A stretch of 64,000 nt of DNA from Eledone cirrhosa. Lineage: Eukaryota. The position numbers and the translations under genes are program-made. Location: positions 57,784,001-57,848,000 of the forward strand of contig OZ024740.1 of assembly GCA_964016885.1 (NCBI GenBank), written 5' to 3'. Every line of letters begins with the position of its first letter. Positions within the stretch are counted from its first letter, which is position 1. Below the pieces are notes generated by a model. That model made no database searches. It saw only the letters and a list, made by a program, of their open reading frames with translations, and was not told where the DNA came from. Shown one piece after another: positions 1-15,973 of the stretch.

Positions 1-3000
1 AAAAAATTAAAATACACACCAAACCACCAAATTTACATTTCAAAGTTGGCTTGGTGTTTGTAATTAGAATTGTCAAGTTATACATACAGATGTTAAATGA
101 AAAAATCTAACCACTTTCATTCTAAGTACACTTTTCAAACTTAAATATACTTAAAAACAAACAAGCATACACACATACATTTATAAATACACCCATACAT
201 TATATTCTTGCATAAAACTGAATGATCACATCTACAACCATCTGATGTTGCTAAGGTTGAGAAATTTTGATGAATTGCCATATGTATTTTTTGTTAAAAA
301 TATTGTTCTGGTTAATGATTTGATGTCTCTAATGTCGCGAAATTTCGATTAATTAACCACAGGATTGACATTAAGTGCTTTTTGTTAAAAGTATTATTCA
401 GATATGTTTAAAAGATAAAACCAAAAAGCCCATCAGGGAGTACGCCTTTGGCAGTCCTAGGATACACTTATCTTACTAACGCCCTACCCCCACCCCTGCT
501 GATAAGGCCTCCCTCTTGATGAGTGGAGGGGGCCTAGGGCAAATGCCCTGTCTGCCCTGCTATAAATCCAGCCCTGGTTGTGAAGCGAACCTCTTAACAA
601 CACGACCATGTATTACACAAATCTGTATGCATTTTTATTCATTTCATTCAGAGGGTTTGCAGTTGTTAAGTAGTATTTCAGCTACCAATTTTATCAATTA
701 CATTTACTGCATATACTTGTGTACAAGACACACAGCTTTTCCTACAAAAATGCAATGTGAAAAACCAACATTTAACTTATCAACTGGACATACAAAACCT
801 CAAATCAAAATATATAGTGCATCATAAATGTATGTAAAATGAAGGTACAACTTATATGCTGCTAGTGCTGGTGCAACAATAATATGCACTCCATGCACTC
901 TGCAGAGTGCGAGAACATATGTAAGCAAGATGCTTGCTTGCGAGCTCAGGCTCCAAATAAGTGCCGACTTGGTCTGTGACAACCTATCCAACCATCGCTA
1001 GCTGGGAAAATGATGATGATGATCATATGGTATTTATAAGGCTCTACAAGGTTGGTCAACCCACAACAGATAGCAGTCAAATCCCTCTCAAATCACACCC
1101 TAGAGTAAAAGAAATATAAGGACATATTTAATAATGTAATCATAGAGACCCCTAAAATGACAAGAAAGCCACAGCTGATCATAGGTCTGTTTAATCAAAG
1201 TAGACTTGGGGATAAACTGTAGCTATTTCTTCTTGGAAATATACCGATTATTCTCTTGGAAAATGAACTGCAAAGCAATTCACTGCATGTCACCTGTCAT
1301 CCAACACAATTTCTAATAGCCCCAATAAAGCATCTAGTTATCTAAATATTTCTGAATTTATGTATCACATCACCAATGTGTTGGAACTCTACTGCTGCCT
1401 TGGTGGCTTTTAATGAATGGCAAAATTATGTTTATATGATGGGTATATTTTCTGATCAGGCATTTACTTGATATGAAACAACAAATTGATTATCAAGGAT
1501 AGCATGTCTCCAACTTGTACTACCTTTAAACAATACAATGGTTACCCATTGACAATAGTAACAGTGTGATCTTGCAGTAAGAGGGAGGAAATCTTCATAC
1601 ATATTCTATTTTCTATAGCGGACATTCAAATTTAGGAAACCACATGGATTACAGATCATTGTGTTTATAACTAATTCATGCAATTGAAACTCACTCCTCT
1701 AGTGAGAAATTTTCTGCATAAATGAGGCAGTGAATCAATATAATTATCAATGTTAATCTTATTGCTGTCATTCAAGATGAAAAGCATGTGAGTAGGAGGC
1801 AATCCATGTTTTAGAAATACAATAGTTAGTATAAATACCCAGGAAACCATCTGGACAGTAAATCATAATGATGAATAAATCCAGCTTACCAAATTTAATA
1901 ATAATGGCCATTACATTTTATCACACAAGTTACTTAACACATTTCCTGATCTGCAAATTCATTAATATGATCTATTGTTCATCTATACTGCCCAACACTT
2001 AATCAACAGTTTAAAAACTTTATATTATTGGCTTCAACTGCTGAGTGTTTATAAACTGTCCATCATTAGAATAATTTCCAACTATGCAGAATTGCACTAA
2101 ATCAACTTCCTCAGACCTTTGTCATTGAGAATTAGTTATTATTGTTGTGCATTGGCATAATCAAATAAAATGCTGTGCAACATTTAGTTACAGTTCATTA
2201 CTTTCTGAGTTCAAATCCTGCTGAGGTCAATTTTGCTTTCAACCATCTAAGATCAATAAAATAAAGTACCAGTATTATTGACTTTGCACAAAATTGTAGG
2301 CCTAGTTAAGCATCAAGTCAACCTCTTCAAGTAGACATATTATCAAAGTGGTTCCAATATTGTGAATGCCTTGTCTATTTTCAGAGCTATATATCTAAGA
2401 CTACATTATCCAAAATGAGCTTCCTTTTATAAAATGGTAGAATAAGTTTATTTTCCTTTTCAAAAGGTGTGGCCTGAAACAGATTTCACTGTCTCAATTG
2501 CCCTACCATATACTTAGTTGAAGTATAGACATTATATTTTTCTGGGAGAAACATACTCTAAAAATCCTTCTAAAGTCTGAGAGTTATGTATTAGACTGTG
2601 TTTCAATGAGGATGTCAAATAAGACTGAAACATGTCCAGAAATGTCAATGTAACTATCAAAGATCAGACTCATTACTCACTGCCTATCTCCATTTAATTT
2701 TTAATCAATTCAAACCTCAGAGTTATCTCCCTGACCTTTTCTTGAGAATTGTCATTAACACTAATGACCTTTTATTTTATAATGAGTATAATTTCAACTG
2801 AAAAAAATTATTTTTTGATCACTATATTCAGCACATTAGTCCACACTTAACTATATACACATGATGCAGCATGGCTAAGAAATTCGCTTCGCAATCAGGA
2901 GGTCCCAGGTATGATCCCACTGTGTGGCATCTTGGCAAGTATTTTTACCAGCCTTGTCACACTTTGTGTCACATTCATTTGGCTTGAGAATGACATTAAT

Positions 3001-3629
3001 GGTATACTGTGGAATACTCAACCACTTACATGTCAAATCCACTCAGTTGATCAAACAACTAAATGCTCATTGTTGAAAGATCATCATCATCATCATTACC
3101 ATCACCACCACCACCACCATCATCATCACCATTTAAACATTCTATTCCGTGAAACATTTGTTCTTCATCTATTTAATGCTACAAAAACCAAACCCAAGTT
3201 CTGAATTTCATCAAACTTCAAGAATTAGAAAAAGATTAAAGTTACATTTTAAGTGGTTGACACTTTTATGAGAATGTTTGAATTGTGTAATTCTATACAG
3301 TACTGGAAAATGTGTAAAATATAAATGGAAACATTAAAAAAAAAAAATTCTACTCAGGAACTACCATTGATATCTAATTGCTACTCTTATTTTCATAAAT
3401 AGAAGAAAATTAAAATATCAACAGTAATTATGAAAGGAGGCATTCTGAATTCTACAACAAACTGGTAAAGCAAATCACAAACCATTTAACAGAAATTAAA
3501 ATCACAGGTAAACTGTTTTACATTCAATATCCATCTTAGAAATGGTGAAATGGCTTTTGTTGGAGCAATTCAATTTTACAGCTAAATGCTCTTCCAACTA
3601 CTAGCCCTTATCAAACCTACTTGGCTTAA

Positions 3630-3818
3630 CCCTTTAGCATTTACATTACTCTATATTTACTATTGTATTTTCCCAGTAAAGGCTTTAATATCGAATCTAT
3701 GAGATTTTGATATTATTTATTTTGAGAACAATATCTTAACATCAGTATGAGCAGCTGGTTTGAACAGAAAGAGGTGAGAGAATTGTGGCTGGATACAGCC
3801 AGTTTAAATGCTAATAGG
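3630..3818. mobile_element. piggyBac-like MITE family 1
   Basis: TTAA|CCCTTTAGCATTTA...TAAATGCTAATAGG|TTAA. Confidence 0.75.
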
Positions 3819-4259
3819 TTAACTCAAAAGGGAGGCTATATGAATGAGGAGGTAGAGGGCATACCCTTCCTCCTTTCACACATATACACACACACACACA
3901 CACATAGACCAGGAACACTACTATCACCCCCATCATCATCACCATCATTGCCATGACCACTAAACTGAAGTAAACAGTCATATATGCTTTACACATGAGC
4001 AAAATACAATAACTGTAATCCATTAACCCTTTTGATATCAAACTACCAGAAACTGTCCTGGTTTTATGATACTAAGTTATTTATTTGTCCCAAGTCTTCT
4101 TTGGCCTCGCTCTTCCACAGGTTTCATCTACTTTAATCGCTCAACACTTTTTTTTTACAACTTTCACTCTCTTTATGCATAACATGCCCATAACTGCACA
4201 AACATCTCCCTGGCATTCTACATTTAATTCCTCTTATATGCAATGTATCTCTCTGTTCC

Positions 4260-4292
<33 letters not shown>

Positions 4293-4391
4293 AAGGAATA
4301 GTGGTAAGGAACTAAATGGACCATAACGCACCAGAAATAGCCGTCGAAACAGCTTGAGCTCTGCCGTCGGGGTCATACTTTTTCATATATT

Positions 4392-4426
<35 letters not shown>

Positions 4427-4503
4427 TGGGGGAGGGAGGGAGTTACTAGTTTAGAGACTGGTAAAAGCTCAGCTATCTGGCAGTAGCTCTTTACAATATG
4501 TGC

Positions 4504-4560
<57 letters not shown>

Positions 4561-4583
4561 TATATAGATAGATAGATAGATGG

Positions 4584-4620
<37 letters not shown>

Positions 4621-5240
4621 TCATCATCATCATCATCGTTTAACGTCTATCTTCCACGCTAGCATGGGTTTAGACGGGAATTGTCCCACTTGAGGCAAGA
4701 TTGGTTGTCTTGCTCGTATAGGACTGTCTGGCGGGTTTTCTACAGTTGGATGCCCTTCCTAACACCAACCACATTTACAGTGTGGACTGGGAGGTTTTTA
4801 CCGTGTTACCTACACGGCCACATAAAGCGTGGACTGTGTTTTTTTTTGTTGTGACACCTACACGAACTCATTTATTTAGGACTGGATGTTGTGGTACCAA
4901 CATAACTTTACAAAGAAAGGGGTGGTGTAGATGGGGGTGGGGGTAAGGGTAGTGGGATGGGGATGTATTTTTCGTTAGGAGGTGCCTACTGACTGTAGGT
5001 TTCGCTTTGTACTTAGGCAAGGCGGGTCTTCTGTATTACTACGTAGCGCCAAAGATCTCGGTCCAGTGACATTGTCTTGGAGAGGTTTAAGTGTGTAAGG
5101 TCAGAATTTATCAAATCGTCCCAGGTTTTTCTGGGTCTGCCTACTTCGTAGCTTCCATCTATTTTGATCGCCCTGCACTTTTTTATACAGCTGTCGTCTT
5201 TCATGCGCATCACATAACCATACCAACATAGTCTGCTCTC
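4621..5240 (-). mobile_element. RTE-clade LINE subfamily A, 5'-truncated 3' end
   Basis: Encodes the RTE C-terminus (RLCWYGYVMRM...GRPRKTWDD). 3' UTR matches 10720-11116. (CAT)n tail at 4621-4637 abuts (TA)n. Confidence 0.9.
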
Positions 5241-5249
5241 AAATCTGTA

Positions 5250-5302
<53 letters not shown>

Positions 5303-5429
5303 ATATATCATCATCATCATCATCATATATATATATATATATATACATTATTCCGAGTTGAATCGGAGGTAACCACAGTAAGTAAGGTACTCAATACATA
5401 GCAGAGTATAAAAGTTTTAATATAGATGA

Positions 5430-5478
5430 GATTCTACAGGACTAGAACTGTTTCATTCTTTAGAAATCATCAGGAATC
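5430..5478 (-). ncRNA. Minimal type I hammerhead ribozyme
   Basis: Minus strand GATTC-CTGATGA-TTTCTAAAGAAT-GAAA-CAG(TTCTAGTC)CTG-TA-GAATC: stem I GATTC/GAATC, intact core, short stem II, stem III, GUA cleavage triplet. Confidence 0.8.
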
Positions 5479-5781
5479 TGGCTTTCCAAAAATAAATGTT
5501 GTGGTATTTATATCTTTTCAGGTGGTAGGAGAGGGTGGGGAGTGGGATGGGTGGAGGTCATTGGTTGAAAGAAAAGGGAATTCATTAAAAGCTAATTCTT
5601 TAAGGCTATAATTTATATTTAGAGTGCCTTTGTCACTCTAAATATAAATTATAGCCTTAAAGAATTAGCTTTTAATGAATTCCCTTTTCTTTCAACCAAT
5701 GACCTCCACCCATCCCACTCCCCACCCTCTCCTACCACCTGAAAAGATATAAATACCACAACATTTATTTTTGGAAAGCCA

Positions 5782-5830
5782 GATTCCGGATGATTTCTAA
5801 AGTATGAAACAGTTCTAGTCCTGTAGAATC
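5782..5830 (+). ncRNA. Hammerhead copy with core mutation (probably inactive)
   Basis: Same motif on the other arm, but CTGATGA reads CGGATGA and stem II has an A>T change. Confidence 0.6.
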
Positions 5831-5899
5831 TCATCTATATTAAAACTATATATATATATATATAAATATATATATGTGTATACATATATATATATATAT

Positions 5900-8275
<2,376 letters not shown>

Positions 8276-8386
8276 GTATATATATATCTGTATATATATA
8301 TATATATATATATCTGTATATATATATCTGTATATATATATATATATATATATATCTGTATATATATATCTGTATATATATATATA

Positions 8387-8419
<33 letters not shown>

Positions 8420-8426
<7 letters not shown>

Positions 8427-8680
8427 CGTATTTAAGAAAGCCACAACAATGCAAAGGGAAATCTCGAGGTAGGAAGTGAAATATAGATAGGAAAAACAGG
8501 TGAAAGTGAAAGTTGAGAGAGACAAAGATGAAAACAAAACAAAGGTAGAAGGGTTACCGTAGTAGAGATTTTAATCCCAATATTTCGGGCTCACGCCCAT
8601 CAACGGGGGAAAAGTTCCAAAAGGGGGGAAAACAGGCCAAGCGGAGAAAGTGGTGATGTCGTTAAGACAGGAATGCCGTT
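8420..8680 (-). mobile_element. Third non-coding module in (TA)n with variant hammerhead-like motif (8557-8606)
   Basis: Minus strand CCG-TTGATG-GGCGTGAGCCC-GAAA-TATTGGGATTAAAATCTCTAC-TA-CGG. The core deviates from CUGANGA. Confidence 0.45.
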
Positions 8681-8711
8681 ATATATATATATATCTGTAT
8701 ATATATATATA

Positions 8712-8759
<48 letters not shown>

Positions 8760-8762
<3 letters not shown>

Positions 8763-11116
8763 AAGCTAGGAGACAAGTGTACTTAGCAAGAAGGGAAGCT
8801 GAGGAAAGAAAGAAAGTTCAAGCATGTTCTACAACGCGATGACCAAAAACGTGAGGTGTTCAGGATTGCTAGGCAATGCGTCAAGGAAAACCGTGATATT
8901 GTCGGGGAGAAGTGTGTACTAAACGACGATGGCACACTTGCCATCACCGACGCTGATAAGAAGGTAGCTTGGAAGTGTCACTATGAAAGGCTTCTAAATG
9001 AGGAGAATAATTGGGAGAAAGGCAGTCTCCCCCATATCGACCCAATAGAGGGACCAGCAGTGTTAGTCGAGGGGAGTATAATAAGTAAGGCAATCAAGGA
9101 TATGAAGACTGGTAAGGCGGCTGGGCCTTCGGAAATAGTTGCTGAGATGCTGAAGGCATCTGGCACGGTGGGACACACCATGGTCACCCGCATAGTTAAC
9201 CAAGTCGTACAGAATGGGGTTGTTCCGAAGGACTGGCATAGCAGCATCATCGTTAACTGTTATAAGGGTAAAGGAGACGCCCTAGATAGGAGTAACTATA
9301 GAGGCATTAAATTAATCGACCAGGTCATGAAGGTCACGGAAAGAGTAATAGCGCAACTAATCAGAGAGAGAATTGACCTAGATGAAATGCAGTTCGGGTT
9401 TGTGTCAGGCAAAAGTACCACAGACGCTCTTTTCATAGTACGACAACTACAGGAGAAGTACCTAGCTAAAGGTAAACCCCTCTACTTAGCTTTTGTCGAC
9501 TTGGAGAAAGCCTTCGACAGAGTCCCCCGCTCCATTATCTGGTGGGCTCTTAGAAAACTAGGCGTTGACGAATGGCTTGTGAGGGCTATACAAGCCATGT
9601 ATAAAGAAACAGTCAGCAAGGTTAGAATTAACAACGAATATAGTGAAGAGTTTAGCGTAAAAGTTGGCGTCCATCAGGGCTCTGTTCTCAGTCCACTACT
9701 ATTTATTATTGCCCTTCAGGCTATAACAGAGGAGTTCAAGACAGGCTGCCCATGGGAACTCCTATACGCAGACGACCTGACACTCATAGCGGAATCAATG
9801 GCCGAGCTAGAGAAGAAATTCCAAACATGGAAGCACGGCCTAGAGTCAAAAGGACTTAAAATTAACCTGGCTAAGACCAAAGTGCTAGTTTGTAGGAAAG
9901 AAAACAAGGCGGCGGTCCCTTCTGGGAAATGGTCGTGCTCGGTGTGTAGGAAAGGCGTAGGTAGAAACTCCATTTTATGTCCTAAATGCAAAGTATGGGT
10001 GCATAAAAGATGTAGTGGGATCACAGGTAAGCTAACTAAGAACATAGATTTTACATGTGGCCGGTGCTCTGGTGCAATAAGTAGCAGCAAGTGCCCACAA
10101 ACTACTAGCTCTTTCAATTGCGCAGAGGGTTCTATAGAAATAGTGGACAGCTTCCGTTACCTGGGCGATAAAATCAGCAGTGGGGGAGGGTGCTCTGAAA
10201 GTACTGTAGCTAGAGTCAGAACTGGTTGGAAAAAGTTCAGAGAGCTTATACCACTATTAGCTGCTAAAGGGTTCTCACTAAAAATGAAAGGCAGGTTGTA
10301 CGATGCCTGCATACGAACAGCAATGCTGCATGGCAGTGAGACCTGGGCATTGTGTGCAGAGGATATACGCAGACTAGAGAGGAACGAAGCTTGCATGCTC
10401 CGCTGGATGTGTAACAGTAATATACGTGAACGGCAAAGCATAAACGAACTAAGGAAAAAATTAGAGATAAGAGGGATCAGATGTTGTTTACTCGAGAGAA
10501 GGCTACGTTGGTATGGACACGTGATGCGCATGAAAGTCGATAGCTGTATAACAAAGTGCAGGGCAATAAAGATAGACGGTAGTCACGGAATAGGCAGACC
10601 TAGAAAAACCTGGGACGAGCTGATAAACTCCGACATCACACACTTACACCTCTCCAAGACAATGTCACTGGACCGAGACCTTTGGCGGTACTCAGTAACA
10701 GAGAAGACCCGCCTTACCTAAATATATAGTAAAACCTACTCCAGCCAGTAGGCATCTCTAACAAAATACACCCCGTCCCACCACCCCCACCCCCACCCGA
10801 TCCACACCACCCCGTTCTATGTAAAGTTATGTTGGTGCCGCGCCTTCGAGGCCGAAACAAATGAGATCGTGTAGGTGTCACGACAAAAAAACACACAGTC
10901 CACGCTGTAATGTGGCCGTGTAGGCAACACGGTAAAAACCTCCCAGACCCACACTGTAAATGTGGTTGGTGTTAGGAAGGGCATCCAACTGTAGAAAACC
11001 TGCCAGACAGTCCTATGCGAGCAAGACAATCACTCTTGCCTCAAGTGGGACTACCCCCGTCCAAACCCATGCAAGCGTGGAACACGGACGTTAAACGTTG
11101 ATGATGATGATGATGA
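8760..11116 (+). mobile_element. RTE-clade LINE subfamily A, 5'-truncated (no APE), open RT ORF
   Basis: ORF 8856-10721 (621 aa) has all RT motifs, the PHD insert and the RTE C-terminal RLRWYGHV...GRPRKTW. Structured 3' UTR and (GAT)n tail. Both ends in (TA)n. Confidence 0.95.
8856..10721 (+). CDS. RTE reverse transcriptase (partial ORF2) with internal C4HC3 PHD-type finger
   Basis: [38 protein letters not shown]; CSVC..CPKC..H..C..CGRC; FRYLG. Confidence 0.9.
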   Translation: MFRIARQCVKENRDIVGEKCVLNDDGTLAITDADKKVAWKCHYERLLNEENNWEKGSLPHIDPIEGPAVLVEGSIISKAIKDMKTGKAAGPSEIVAEMLKASGTVGHTMVTRIVNQVVQNGVVPKDWHSSIIVNCYKGKGDALDRSNYRGIKLIDQVMKVTERVIAQLIRERIDLDEMQFGFVSGKSTTDALFIVRQLQEKYLAKGKPLYLAFVDLEKAFDRVPRSIIWWALRKLGVDEWLVRAIQAMYKETVSKVRINNEYSEEFSVKVGVHQGSVLSPLLFIIALQAITEEFKTGCPWELLYADDLTLIAESMAELEKKFQTWKHGLESKGLKINLAKTKVLVCRKENKAAVPSGKWSCSVCRKGVGRNSILCPKCKVWVHKRCSGITGKLTKNIDFTCGRCSGAISSSKCPQTTSSFNCAEGSIEIVDSFRYLGDKISSGGGCSESTVARVRTGWKKFRELIPLLAAKGFSLKMKGRLYDACIRTAMLHGSETWALCAEDIRRLERNEACMLRWMCNSNIRERQSINELRKKLEIRGIRCCLLERRLRWYGHVMRMKVDSCITKCRAIKIDGSHGIGRPRKTWDELINSDITHLHLSKTMSLDRDLWRYSVTEKTRLT

Positions 11117-11166
11117 TATATATATATATATATATCTGTATATATATATCTGTATATATATATATA

Positions 11167-11197
<31 letters not shown>

Positions 11198-11252
11198 CTG
11201 TATATATATATCTGTATATATATATATATCTGTATATATATATATATATATA

Positions 11253-13189
11253 TCATCATCATCATCATCATCACCGTTTTACGTCCGTTCTTCCACGCTA
11301 GCATGGGTTAGACGGGTTGTCCTGTTGTGGGCAGTGTCTGGTCGGCTGACCATGCCTTGCTCATACAGGAACTGATCTGGCTTGATTTCTACAGCTGGAT
11401 GCCCTTCCTAACACCAACCTCATTTACAGTGAGTGCTGGGTGCTTTTTCGTGGCGCCTACACGTCCACTTTACAGTGTGGGCTGGGTGCTTTTTTGCCGT
11501 GGCACCTCCACGACCACCTTGCGGTGGGGGGGGGGGGGGGCCATATTGTTTATATGCTTCAGCATGTACCCATGGGAGGTCGGGTACTCTGTATTACTGC
11601 GTGACGCCAGAAGTCACGGTCGTGTGTCATTGACTTTGAGAGGTGTAGTTGGGTAAGGTCGGCTTTTATCACCTCATCCCAAGTCATCTTGGGTCTCCCC
11701 ACTCCGCGGTTTCCATCAACTTCTAGTGCTCTGCACCTTTTTATGCAGCTGTCATCCTTCATACGCATCACATGTCCATACCAGCGTAACCGCCTCTCCT
11801 GCACGCAGCATTTGATTCCTCTTATGCTCAGTCTCTCTCTCAATTCATTTATGCTTTGTCGTTCACGTATATTACTGTTACACATCCATCGGAGCATGCA
11901 GGCTTCGTTTCTCTCTAATCTACGTAAGTCTTCCACCTTCAGCGCCCAGGTCTCACTACCATGCAACATCGCTGTTCGGATACACGCATCATACAGTCTG
12001 CCTTTCATTCTGAGGGAGAAGCCTTTTGCAGCTAGCAGTGGTAGTAGTTCCCTAAACTTCTTCCATCCCGTTCTTACCCTAGTTATTGTACTTTCTGAGC
12101 ACCCACCTCCGTTGCTAATTCGGTCACCTAGGTAGCAGAAGCTGTCTACTGTTTCTACAGGGCCCTCCCAGAGATTGGTGGTACTTGTTTCCTGTGGCTG
12201 TTTGCTTGCTGTTTCAGCACAGCTGCTGCATGTGAATCCTACATTCTTAATTAAGCTTCCTGAGATCCCGCTACATCTCTTGTGTACCCATTGTTTGCAT
12301 TTGGGGCAAAGAATGGAGTTCCTACCTACACCTTTCCTACATACTGAGCAAGGCCATTTCCCTGAGGGGATCTGGGTTCTGTTTTCTCGTCTACTTATAA
12401 GGACCTTAGTCTTTGTCATGTTGACTTTGAGGCCCTTTCTCTCTAGTCCCTGCTTCCAGGTTTGGAATTTATTCTCTAGTTCTACCATAGATTCAGCTAT
12501 GAGTGCGAGGTCATCAGCATAGAGGAGTTCCCATGGGCATCCGGTCTTAAACTCCTCCGTTATTGCCTGCAGGACTATGATGAACAGGAGAGGGCTAAGA
12601 ACAGAGCCCTGGTGGACCCCAACCTGTACGCTAAATTCCTCGCTATACTCATTGCCAATCCTAACTTTGCTGACTGCTCCCCTATACATGGCTTGTACCG
12701 CTTTCACAAGCCATTCATCTACTCCTAGTTTTCTAAGAGCCCACCAGATTACTGCACGTGGAACTCTGTCAAAGGCTTTCTCAAGGTCGACAAATGCCAA
12801 GTAGAGTGGCTTACTTTTAGCTAGGTACTTTTCCTGTAATTGCCTCACAAGGAAGAGCGCATCAGTGGTGCCTTTCCCTGGAACAAACCCAAATTGCATC
12901 TCGTCTATATTCACCCGGTCCCTAATCAGCTGTGCTATAACTCTTTCTGTTACTTTCATGACCTGGTCCATCAACTTTATACCTCTATAGTTTCCTCTAT
13001 CTAGTGCATCGCCTTTACCTTTGTAGCAGTTGACAATGATGCTACTGCACCAATCTTTTGGTATGGCCCCCTCTAGTATTACCTGGTTAACGATACGTGT
13101 GGTTATAGTGTGACCTACAGACCCAGATGCCTTCAGCATCTCGGCAGCTATACCCGATGGACCGGTTGCCTTCCCTATCTTCATATCTC

Positions 13190-13190
<1 letters not shown>
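11253..13190 (-). mobile_element. RTE-clade LINE subfamily B, 5'-truncated, open RT ORF (11559-13184)
   Basis: 541-aa uninterrupted RT+PHD+C-terminal ORF, closely matching 5900-7681 in inverted orientation. (CAT)n tail at 11253-11272. Confidence 0.95.
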
Positions 13191-14216
<1,026 letters not shown>

Positions 14217-14275
14217 ATATCTGTGTATATATATATATATATATATATCTGTGTATATATATATATATATATCTT

Positions 14276-14602
<327 letters not shown>

Positions 14603-14605
14603 GTG

Positions 14606-14665
<60 letters not shown>

Positions 14666-14962
14666 TCATCATCATCATCATCATCAACGTTTAACGTCCG
14701 TGTTCCACGCTTGCATGGGTTTGGACGGGGGTAGTCCCACTTGAGGCAAGAGTGATTGTCTTGCTCGCATAGGACTGTCTGGCAGGTTTTCTACAGTTGG
14801 ATGCCCTTCCTAACACCAACCACATTTACAGTGTGGGTCTGGGAGGTTTTTACCGTGTTGCCTACACGGCCACATTACAGCGTGGACTGTGTGTTTTTTT
14901 GTCGTGACACCTACACGATCTCATTTGTTTCGGCCTGGATGGCGCGGCACCAACATAACTTT
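14666..14962 (-). mobile_element. RTE subfamily A 3' UTR fragment
   Basis: Reverse complement of ~10822-11116, with (CAT)n tail in (TA)n. Confidence 0.9.
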
Positions 14963-14963
14963 C

Positions 14964-15040
<77 letters not shown>

Positions 15041-15045
15041 TTATA

Positions 15046-15913
15046 CAGGGTGTGGACGATAGTTGTTCGCAATTTTCAACTGCTAATTTTATGCAAATTT
15101 TTTTTACTTCCGTTGTCACTCTTGTTTTCAGAAAAACAGTGACTATATTTCCATTATTTATTATCAGAATAATTGATTATGAATAATTTTGAACCTCCAA
15201 ATTTGTGGAAGAGACACGGAGTTCTTCTTGGAATCCGCGCTGGGAGGACAAATAAGACCAGAAGATCAACTCCCAGAACAACAGGTGGCTCACTGTCTCA
15301 TCCAAAGACGTGCCCAGAGACATGCAGACAAAGTTTCCAGCGACAACATTGGTCTTAGGTGTCATCAGCAGTCAAGGTGACGTCATGCCACCTCAGTTCT
15401 TCCCTTAGGGTCTCAAGCTGAACACCTATGGCTACATCCACGTTCTGAACGAAGTAGTAAAGCCCTGGATCGACCAGGTAGTTGCAGGTAGGCTGTACAT
15501 GTGGCAGCAAGACTCCACGCCCTGCCATACCAGCCAAAAGACCCAAGCCTGGCTGTCAGAGAACTTCGTCGACCACACTTCACCTGACATCTGGCCTCCC
15601 AGCTCGCCTGACTGCAACCCCCTCGACTTCTTTGTGTGGGGCGCAGTGGAACGAGACACCAACAGATCTAGCTGCAATACGAAAGACAATCTGAAGGCCA
15701 GGATCACAAATGCCTTTAGGGGCCTAAGTTGGGGGACAGTGGCGAAGGCCTGTAGCCGCCTTGAGACCGTCATCAAAGCCAATGGCGGGTTTATCGAGTG
15801 AGATCGAAAGAACAAGTCATGAAGGCAAACTGACCCAAGTTTGATAAATATATCTTAAAAAATAAAACTACTGTTATTTTTTCCTTTTGCAAACAAATAT
15901 CGTCCACACCCTG
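15046..15913 (+). mobile_element. Tc1/mariner maT-type (DD37D) transposon, internally deleted
   Basis: TIRs CAGGGTGTGGACGATA.TTGTT.GCAA / TTGC.AACAA.TATCGTCCACACCCTG with TA flanks. Remnant QQD-x37-D (WPPSSPDCNPLD). N-terminus MNNFEPP... is fused to the mid catalytic domain at ~15253. Confidence 0.85.
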
Positions 15914-15941
15914 TATGTATATATATATATAGAGAGAGAGC

Positions 15942-15973
<32 letters not shown>

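Larger units (their letters stand above)
5348..5847. mobile_element. Penelope-like element terminus/pLTR with 214-bp inverted repeat
   Basis: Arms 5413-5626 and 5634-5847 are near-perfect reverse complements around a 7-nt loop CCTTTGT. Each arm has a hammerhead motif. Embedded in (TA)n. Inverted pLTRs with minimal hammerheads are a known PLE signature. Confidence 0.7.
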
